This document shows, piece by piece, positions 53,695 to 60,369 of a stretch of DNA of 64,000 nucleotides (within the stretch, counting starts at the first letter, position 1; each line of letters opens with the position of its first letter). The stretch comes from an uncultured bacterium (lineage in GTDB: Bacteria; Patescibacteriota; Minisyncoccia; UBA6257; GWB1-50-10). The stretch spans positions 296,850 through 360,849 of the forward strand of contig OY970216.1 in assembly GCA_963713955.1 (NCBI GenBank), in the 5' to 3' direction. A program made the position numbers and the translations under genes. A model generated the notes under the pieces. That model was not told the DNA's origin. It saw only the letters and a list, made by a program, of their open reading frames with translations, and did no database searches.

Positions 53695-53764
53695 AACACC
53701 CACCTTGTAAGGTAGGCATTCTGGGCAATCTCAACAAGTTGTCACAAGCTTCAATGTTTTCGAC
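53695..53764 (-). repeat. Degenerate att-like module + terminator copy
   Basis: AACACCCACCTTGTAAGGT (53695-53713) identical to 52007-52025; aacaagttgtcacaagcttcaatgttttcgac resembles aacttgttgcgaagcctgaacgctgttcgaac. Confidence 0.65.
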
Positions 53765-53849
53765 AAGTAATACTTTTATATTGACAGGTGTGTAGTTCGG
53801 TTGTAGCCTTACTGCATCATCTTTCGCAATTTTAAAAAGGAGCGAGTTA

Positions 53850-54095
53850 ATGCAAAGACTAGTTTCGGTTACAGAGAGTGTATGCGAATCCATGAAGGTA
53901 CCCTTGTGGGTAATGGAAGCTGCCGTTGGGAAGCAAGTGCCGGCTGAGGAAGGACCGAACGAGGAATTGTGGCTCAAGAAAATCGATTTGATCTCGGTTC
54001 TTGAAAAGAAAAGTGAGCGTCAGGCGGCAGACTGGATCCGCAGGAATGTAAACCAAGATACCATTGTAGTGCCTCAAGTATTACTTCAGGCGTAG
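53850..54095 (+). CDS. Hypothetical protein
   Basis: AAGGAG SD; TTGACA upstream; 81 aa. Confidence 0.6.
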   Translation: MQRLVSVTESVCESMKVPLWVMEAAVGKQVPAEEGPNEELWLKKIDLISVLEKKSERQAADWIRRNVNQDTIVVPQVLLQA

Positions 54096-54193
54096 GCGTA
54101 CACAGAGCAGGCCCAGGCAGTTGTAGCCGGACCTCCCTTATTTTATACCCCCGATCTCATGAGGTGGATATTTTTGCCGAAGTGGGCAACTTG

Positions 54194-54265
54194 TTGCGGG
54201 GGCAGGATTCGAACCTGCGACCTCCGGGTTATGGGCCCGACGAGCGACCGCTGCTCCTCCCCGCG
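54194..54265 (-). tRNA. Initiator tRNA-fMet(CAT)
   Basis: C1:A72 mismatch, A11-U24, GGG/CCC anticodon stem; atypical A8, C21, C33. Confidence 0.93.
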
Positions 54266-54333
54266 GTTCATAAAACAAATGAATTATACTTGTAAAGAGG
54301 GTATAAGTCAATTTATAATTGAATAAATCATTT

Positions 54334-54407
54334 GGCTGGGTAGCTCAGTCGGTTAGAGCGTGGCCCTCATAAAGCCGAGGTCGTGGGTTCGAATCCCACC
54401 CCAGCCA
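54334..54407 (+). tRNA. tRNA-Met(CAT), elongator (Ile2 not excluded)
   Basis: GGCTGGG/CCCAGCC acceptor, loop CT-CAT-AA, GTGGG-TTCGAAT-CCCAC; divergent from tRNA-fMet. Confidence 0.9.
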
Positions 54408-54429
54408 CAAAAATGTATATCATAAAAAT

Positions 54430-55410
54430 ATGAATTTAAAGGAAATAGAAAACAAATCGGCGCTGGAGATAGAAAAGGCGAAAGACGCCCGTGAGTTGGA
54501 AGCCGCAAAGATCAAATATCTCGGGAGAAACGGGTTCCTTTCGAAGTTCATGAAAACAATACCTTCGCTTCCCTTGGAGGAACGGAAGGTCGTCGGAAAG
54601 GAGGCGAACGGGGTCAAGAATAATATCGAGAGATTTCTCATTGCGAAAGCTGGTTCGTTCAAGGAAAAGGCGACGGAGGAATTTTTCGACGTCACGCGGC
54701 CGGGCAAGAAGATCAAGCTGGGCCATGAGCATCCTTTGGCCAAAGTCGACGAAGAGGTAAGAAGAATATTCACCTCGATGAATTTTTCCGTAGTTTGGGG
54801 TCCCGAGCTCGAAACCGAGTATTACAACTTTGACGCCTTAAACATTCCCGCTAACCATCCGGCGAGGGATATGTGGGACACGTTCTGGGTGAAAACGTGG
54901 ACGGACAAATTGCTTCTCCGGACGCACACGAGTCCCGTCCAGGTGCGGTACATGGAGAAACACGAGCCGCCGTTCCAGATCATCGTCCCCGGCCGCGTTT
55001 TCCGGTACGAAGCGACTGACGCATCGCACGAAATAAATTTCTACCAGGTGGAGGGGCTCATGGTGGGGCCGAACGTCACGCTGGCCAACTTGAAATTCGT
55101 CATCGAGAAATTTTTCGAGAAGTTTTTCGGTGAATCCGGGAGACGGATAGAATTCAGGTATCGGCCGAGCTATTTCCCGTTCACCGAGCCGAGCCTGGAG
55201 GTCGATATCAAGATCGGCGGCAAGTGGCTTGAAGTCATAGGGGCGGGGATGGTCCATCGGAACGTTTTCGACGCCGTCCGCTACAACCCGGATACAGTGC
55301 AGGGCTTCGCGTTCGGGATGGGCCTCGACCGCCTCGCGATGATAAAGTACCAGATCCCGGACATTCGCATGTTCTACGAGGGTGACTTGCGGTTCATTCA
55401 TCAATTTTAA
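54430..55410 (+). CDS. pheS: Phenylalanine--tRNA ligase alpha subunit
   Basis: NFDALNIP.NHPARDMWDTF, LLRTHTSPVQVR, F.QVEGL, RPSYFPFTEPS, GFAFGMG.DRLAM. Confidence 0.97.
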   Translation: MNLKEIENKSALEIEKAKDARELEAAKIKYLGRNGFLSKFMKTIPSLPLEERKVVGKEANGVKNNIERFLIAKAGSFKEKATEEFFDVTRPGKKIKLGHEHPLAKVDEEVRRIFTSMNFSVVWGPELETEYYNFDALNIPANHPARDMWDTFWVKTWTDKLLLRTHTSPVQVRYMEKHEPPFQIIVPGRVFRYEATDASHEINFYQVEGLMVGPNVTLANLKFVIEKFFEKFFGESGRRIEFRYRPSYFPFTEPSLEVDIKIGGKWLEVIGAGMVHRNVFDAVRYNPDTVQGFAFGMGLDRLAMIKYQIPDIRMFYEGDLRFIHQF

Positions 55411-55415
55411 AAGCA

Positions 55416-55754
55416 ATGGAAACGCCCAACGGAAAAATTGAAGATGAGAGGTTTCATGAACTCCAAAGATTCAGAGAAGAGATTGAGGCTATCAAGAAAA
55501 GCACTCCCTCCCTCTCCGAAGTCAACGTTGATGAATTGACGGATGAGGACATGGAACTCTGGAAACTTAAAGAAAGCGGAAATGCAACCAGGGAGGCTAT
55601 CGATGCACATAGAAAATCGATCTCTAATGAGAAAAGGATTTTACGGGAAGAAATTCCTAGGAGTCGCAGTTTATTCTTTCAATATGTCGCCAATGAAGTG
55701 AGCCAAAGGATAACAAGAGAGGAGTTGGCCAAAAGGAGAAGAAATAAAAAATAA
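55416..55754 (+). CDS. Hypothetical charged protein inserted between pheS and pheT
   Basis: 112-aa ORF, more AT-rich than neighbours; 5 nt after the pheS stop and 9 nt before pheT. Confidence 0.7.
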   Translation: METPNGKIEDERFHELQRFREEIEAIKKSTPSLSEVNVDELTDEDMELWKLKESGNATREAIDAHRKSISNEKRILREEIPRSRSLFFQYVANEVSQRITREELAKRRRNKK

Positions 55755-55763
55755 AGTGGAACG

Positions 55764-57680
55764 ATGAAATTTTCGTACCCATTGATAAAAAAATTGGTCC
55801 CGGGGGTGAAAAGCAAAGGTCAGATCATTGATACCCTGAATTTCCATTCCTACGAGACCGAGGACGCGCCGGGCGACACGTTCGAGGTCAAACTGCCGGC
55901 GAACCGATTTTCCGATTCAGCGTCCCACATCGGCGTCGCGCGGGAAGTTGCTACAGCCCTGAACCTCGGTTTCAAAGAAAGTGCGGGGGAGAAAGTAAGA
56001 CCGGGGAAAACAAAACCGGATTTTTCCGTCACCGTTGCCGAGAAAAAACTCTGTCCGCGATACGTCGCCTGGAGGTTTAATAATATTAAGGTCAAAGATT
56101 CACCGGCCTGGCTGACGCAGATCTTGAAGGATTGCGGACTCCGCCCGATAAACAACGTCGTCGACATTATGAATTACGCGATGCTTTTGACGGGCCAGCC
56201 GCTCCACGCTTTCGATTTCGATAAGCTCGAGGGAGGCGAGGTGAAAATCAGAATGGCGAAGGGCGAAGCGATGACCACCATCGACGGACGTGCTTTGAAG
56301 CTCGGGAAAAATGTTTTGGTCATAGCAGACAAGAATCGGCCGATCGCCCTCGCGGGCATCAAAGGCGGCAAGGATACGGAGGTTGACGAGAAAACCAAGA
56401 GAATTCTCGTCGAAGCGGCAAGCTTCGAACCTTCCTTGATATACCGGACGTCCAAGGAATTGGGGCTTTCAACGGACGCATCCCAGCGATTTTCACATAA
56501 CCTGAGCTTGGAGTTGCCGCTCTCGGGAATCGCCAAAGCCGCTGAGATGCTCGTGGATCTTGCCGGGGCGCGGCCCGGTTCCAGATTCGATTCTTATCTG
56601 AAACAAATCCCGAAGAGAATACTCAAATTTGACATAGAGAAGTTCAACAAATTCATCGGTACGGATTTGAGCGGCAAGGAAGCAACCGCGTACTTGAAGC
56701 GGCTCGGCTTCAAAAGCTTGCGCGGAGACGAGTGGGAAGTGCCACCGTTCCGGACGGACGTCGAGAATCACGAAGATCTTTTCGAAGAAGTAGCCCGTAT
56801 GTACGGGTACGGCAGGATTCCGGCGAAGGCGCCGGAAGTGGCACTCTCGCCGTCGGGCACCGAAGATCGCGTTATCCTGAAGGATAAAATAAGACATCTC
56901 CTCCAGGGGTTCGGATTCGATGAAGTTTATACGTATTCCATGATTTCGGTGCGGGATGCCGGGGGGAAGGGAAGGAAAACGGATAATTTGTATGAAGTGT
57001 CGAATCCGATAAGCGAAGAATTCCAGTATCTGAGGCCGACGCTTGAAGTCAACCTGGCAAAGGTCGTGGCGGACAATTTCAGGTTTTCCGACACGGCGAA
57101 GATTTTTGAAATTGGGAACACATTCAGAAAGATAGGCAAGGAAACTGGCGAGCAAATGTCCTTCGGGGTCGTTTTTGCCGATAAGAAGGAAGAAAGATTT
57201 TTCGAGCTCAAAGGGATCCTCGACGAGCTTTTCAAGAAGGTCGGTCTCACTGATTATAACTTCGAGGAAGGCGGGAATTTTTTGAAACTTGAATCGAACG
57301 GAGAAATTTTTGGCTTTCTAAAAAATGCCAAGGTGGAAGGAGGGGAAATGTCCTTCGCCGAGATTAACTTTGATAAGCTGGCTGAGCTGGTAGAAGGCGA
57401 ATTTGAATATGAGCCGCTGCCTAAGTATCCTTCGGTGGTGCGGGACATCTCCATCCGCGTGCCCGGCGGCGCGAAGATAGGCGACATCATTCAGGAAATA
57501 CAGGACTCGAACCTGAAACTTATAGAGGATGTTGATCTGGTGGATGAGTATAAATCGAACATGACACTCAGGATCGTATTCCAATCTGAAGAAAGAACGT
57601 TGACGGCGGAAGAAGTGAATAGGGAGATGACTAAGATCCAAAAAACGCTGGAGACGAAGTTTGGGGCCACGATACGGTGA
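55764..57680 (+). CDS. pheT: Phenylalanine--tRNA ligase beta subunit (short, lacks B2 OB domain)
   Basis: NR.D..SHIGVARE, RPINNVVDI.NY.ML.TGQP.HAFD, DL.EEVAR.YGY, NPISEE..YLR, YPSVVRDIS. Confidence 0.95.
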   Translation: MKFSYPLIKKLVPGVKSKGQIIDTLNFHSYETEDAPGDTFEVKLPANRFSDSASHIGVAREVATALNLGFKESAGEKVRPGKTKPDFSVTVAEKKLCPRYVAWRFNNIKVKDSPAWLTQILKDCGLRPINNVVDIMNYAMLLTGQPLHAFDFDKLEGGEVKIRMAKGEAMTTIDGRALKLGKNVLVIADKNRPIALAGIKGGKDTEVDEKTKRILVEAASFEPSLIYRTSKELGLSTDASQRFSHNLSLELPLSGIAKAAEMLVDLAGARPGSRFDSYLKQIPKRILKFDIEKFNKFIGTDLSGKEATAYLKRLGFKSLRGDEWEVPPFRTDVENHEDLFEEVARMYGYGRIPAKAPEVALSPSGTEDRVILKDKIRHLLQGFGFDEVYTYSMISVRDAGGKGRKTDNLYEVSNPISEEFQYLRPTLEVNLAKVVADNFRFSDTAKIFEIGNTFRKIGKETGEQMSFGVVFADKKEERFFELKGILDELFKKVGLTDYNFEEGGNFLKLESNGEIFGFLKNAKVEGGEMSFAEINFDKLAELVEGEFEYEPLPKYPSVVRDISIRVPGGAKIGDIIQEIQDSNLKLIEDVDLVDEYKSNMTLRIVFQSEERTLTAEEVNREMTKIQKTLETKFGATIR

Positions 57681-57701
57681 AGATGATGTTATAATGAGGG
57701 G

Positions 57702-59027
57702 ATGATGCCCCCTCATCTCCAATCTTCCTTCACCCTCATCGAACTCCTGGTCGTGACCCCGATACGAAAGGCGTTCCACGCCTTCGTACGGGGCAAGTCG
57801 CCATCCAATCCCAAGGCTTCTTTCACGTTAATTGAACTTCTCGTCGTCATTGCTATTCTCGCAGTCCTCGCGACCGCCGTCGTCCTCGTCCTGAACCCCG
57901 CCCAGCTCCTTGCCCAAGGAAGAGACTCCACAAGATTGTCTGATCTTGCAGCCTTGAACAGTGCCCTCTCCTTGTTCCAAGTTGATGCCTATACCCAGTC
58001 CCTGGGGACTCCGAATACAGTCTATATATCTGTTCCTGACAATGCTTCCTCTACCTGTGGATCTCTTGGTCTTCCTTCCTTGCCTTCCCCCTGGGCCTAT
58101 CACTGTGTTCCCGCCTCTTCTTCCACGAAGGTAGACGGAACAGGCTGGATTCCTGTGAATCTCACCCTTATATCGTCAGGATCCCCTTTATCCAAGCTCC
58201 CGATTGATCCCGTGAATACCACAAGCACTGGACTCTACTATACCTACGTATCAGGAGGCTCCTATGAGATTACTTCAGCTATGGAGTCTCAGAAGTACCG
58301 ATTAGGAGGTTCTACTGATGCAGTCTCTACCGATGGAGGCCCGTATCCTGATTTGAGGGAAATAGGCTCCAATCTCTCTCTCCTCCCCATAGACTATGGA
58401 GATACGAGTCTTGTGGGATATTGGCCCTTCAATGAAGGGACGGGCCTAACTGCCTATGATGCGAGTGGACATGGGAATAACGGGGCGTTAAGCGCTTCTC
58501 CTCCGGCTTGGATCACAGGGAAATTAGGTGGGGCCTTGAGCTTTAACGGGAGTAATAACTATGTGAGTTACGCTTCAAGTAGTGGCAATGTCTACGGGCC
58601 GATTACGGTCGCTGCTTGGGTGTACGTCAATCCAAACAGCACTTATCAATTTGTAATCCAACGGGGAACAAGCGGAGCCAACGTTAACTGTCAGTATTCT
58701 TTGTATGTTGTTACTACCAATGTTTTGAGATTCAGTATCGATGCCGGAGCCAATGAGTACCCCGCAAATTCTTCGGTGCTGACCGCAGGATGGTACTATG
58801 TTGTTGGCACGTGGACTGGTTCTGGTCCGGCCGCCATCTATATCAATGGTGTGAACGCCGGCAACAGCGCCTCTGTTTCTGGGACTCAAAATAGCATCAG
58901 TAATTTTATTATGGGCAATAGTGGAGGGGGCGGTTACCCGTTTAATGGTTATCTTGACGATGTCCGCGTCTACAATAGAGCTTTATCCGCCGCCGAGATT
59001 CAGGCGATCTACAACGCCCAAAAATAA
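57702..59027 (+). CDS. Type IV pilin-like protein with LamG domain (paralog 3), duplicated prepilin motif
   Basis: QSS|FTLIELLVV-TPIRKAFHAFVRGKSPSNPKAS|FTLIELLVVIAILAVL; LVGYWPFNEG...DDVRVYNRALSAAEI. Confidence 0.9.
   Translation: MMPPHLQSSFTLIELLVVTPIRKAFHAFVRGKSPSNPKASFTLIELLVVIAILAVLATAVVLVLNPAQLLAQGRDSTRLSDLAALNSALSLFQVDAYTQSLGTPNTVYISVPDNASSTCGSLGLPSLPSPWAYHCVPASSSTKVDGTGWIPVNLTLISSGSPLSKLPIDPVNTTSTGLYYTYVSGGSYEITSAMESQKYRLGGSTDAVSTDGGPYPDLREIGSNLSLLPIDYGDTSLVGYWPFNEGTGLTAYDASGHGNNGALSASPPAWITGKLGGALSFNGSNNYVSYASSSGNVYGPITVAAWVYVNPNSTYQFVIQRGTSGANVNCQYSLYVVTTNVLRFSIDAGANEYPANSSVLTAGWYYVVGTWTGSGPAAIYINGVNAGNSASVSGTQNSISNFIMGNSGGGGYPFNGYLDDVRVYNRALSAAEIQAIYNAQK
57757..57793. repeat. 37-bp CCCCG..CGGGG palindrome inside the pilin 3 leader
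   Basis: CCCCG-A-TACGAA-A-GGCG-TTCCA-CGCC-TTCGTA-CGGGG. Confidence 0.7.
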
Positions 59028-59122
59028 GTATCAAGTATAAAGTAGAATGTATAAAGTATAATTTGCGCTTTGAATTTTTGGTTTTTCTCTACTTGATACT
59101 TTCTACTTAATATTAGCTACTC
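59026..59122. repeat. Heptamer inverted-repeat array after pilin 3
   Basis: aagtatc-aagtata-aagtaga-atgtata-aagtata ... tctactt-gatactt-tctactt; homologous to 29588-29665. Confidence 0.75.
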
Positions 59123-59139
59123 GCTGTATAATGAGATTA

Positions 59140-59985
59140 ATGAGAAAATTCGCCTTCATTTCCATTCTGATTTGCGGAATTTCATTCGCTTACCTCTCTT
59201 ATGCCGCTTCTCCTGTCGTCACCGTTTCCAATACTTACCCAATTCAAGGTGACACGGTTCTCGTGAACGTTTCCGGGGTCGCGAGCGCGCCCAAGACGGC
59301 AACTCTCGGGACTGAGACGGCGAATTTTTTCCCGTACGGCGGGAAATACGCCGCCGTAATCGGCCTCAAGGTTACGGCCGCGGCCGGCTGGCAGAGAATC
59401 ACGCTCAAATTTTCCGACGGTTCGGCCGTCACGAAATGGATCGACGTTCTGAAGAAAAAAATCACCGTGGAAAATCTCGCTGTTCCGCCGGAGCTCGGCG
59501 TGACGCCGACGGAACTCGTCCAAGAGATCACGGACGAGAACGCGGCGCTGAACGACATCGTCAATACGGTAACCCCGCAAACTTACATAACCAAAGGTTT
59601 TGGTTTGCCCCTGGCGAACAACACGTATATCACTGATCGTTACGGCATTCTCCGCAGGACGGGCGATCAGGAAATCTGGCATCTGGGAACTGATTTCGCC
59701 GCCGCTTCGGGGAGTATCGTTGCGGCCGTGAATTCCGGCGTCGTCAGATTCGCGACATCGACTGTGTCCTACGGGAACACGGTTATCGTGGATCACGGGG
59801 AGGGAATTTATTCCATGTATCTTCATTTGTCGACGATAATCGCCCGGGCGGGCGATACGGTGAAAAAGGGGCAGGTAATAGGTCTTGTCGGGAACACCGG
59901 GTTCTCGACCGGCGAGCACCTGCACTTGTCGATCAAGGTAAACGGCATTTCCGTAGATCCCCTGCGATTCGTGCGGGTGTTTTAG
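59140..59985 (+). CDS. M23 family peptidase (secreted)
   Basis: HLGTD, YGNTVIVDHG.G..S.YLHL, G.VGNTGFSTG.HLH. Confidence 0.93.
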   Translation: MRKFAFISILICGISFAYLSYAASPVVTVSNTYPIQGDTVLVNVSGVASAPKTATLGTETANFFPYGGKYAAVIGLKVTAAAGWQRITLKFSDGSAVTKWIDVLKKKITVENLAVPPELGVTPTELVQEITDENAALNDIVNTVTPQTYITKGFGLPLANNTYITDRYGILRRTGDQEIWHLGTDFAAASGSIVAAVNSGVVRFATSTVSYGNTVIVDHGEGIYSMYLHLSTIIARAGDTVKKGQVIGLVGNTGFSTGEHLHLSIKVNGISVDPLRFVRVF

Positions 59986-60201
59986 GAGAAGGCAGCCACT
60001 CCCTCATCGGCGAGTTTTTCTTTCGAATAAATCCTCCTCGCTCCTCGTCGGAATAAAGTCGCAAAATATCGAACTCAACCTCCCCGCCTCATCGGCGGGT
60101 TCGGGATTCAAACAAGCGATATTTTGCTCATTCCTTCCTCGTAGCTCGGGGATTTATGCATCTCAAGAAAAAAGCCTTCTTCGGGAGTGGCTGCCTCTCC
60201 T
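59984..60201. repeat. Structured intergenic repeat, copy C (218 bp)
   Basis: Terminal IR AGGAG(A)AGGCAGCCACTCCC/GGGAGTGGCTGCCTCTCCT; core homologous to copies A and B. Confidence 0.85.
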
Positions 60202-60369
60202 GTGCCGTTTTAGTGAGGTTTTCGATTCTCCTTGACTGAATCCTATCGGAGAGATAAGAAAATAATCGAACGAGTCAGATATACCTCGCGAAGGCTAAGA
60301 CTTGGGCGTCGCCCCGGAGACTGCCTGAGCGAGGTATGTCTGGCGAGCGAGGAGAAAATTGAAAGCGAG

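Noticed and set aside
53636-53977. 113-aa minus-strand ORF
   Set aside because: Overlaps the att/terminator repeat and the SD-supported plus-strand ORF 53850-54095; no motif.
7668-59027. Diversity-generating retroelement acting on the pilin-LamG genes
   Set aside because: No reverse transcriptase or template repeat in the window; paralog differences include indels and all base types, not adenine-specific changes.
7392-60201. 210-bp repeats as integron attC sites
   Set aside because: Ends lack RYYYAAC/GTTRRRY, copies follow core-type genes rather than forming an array, and there is no IntI.
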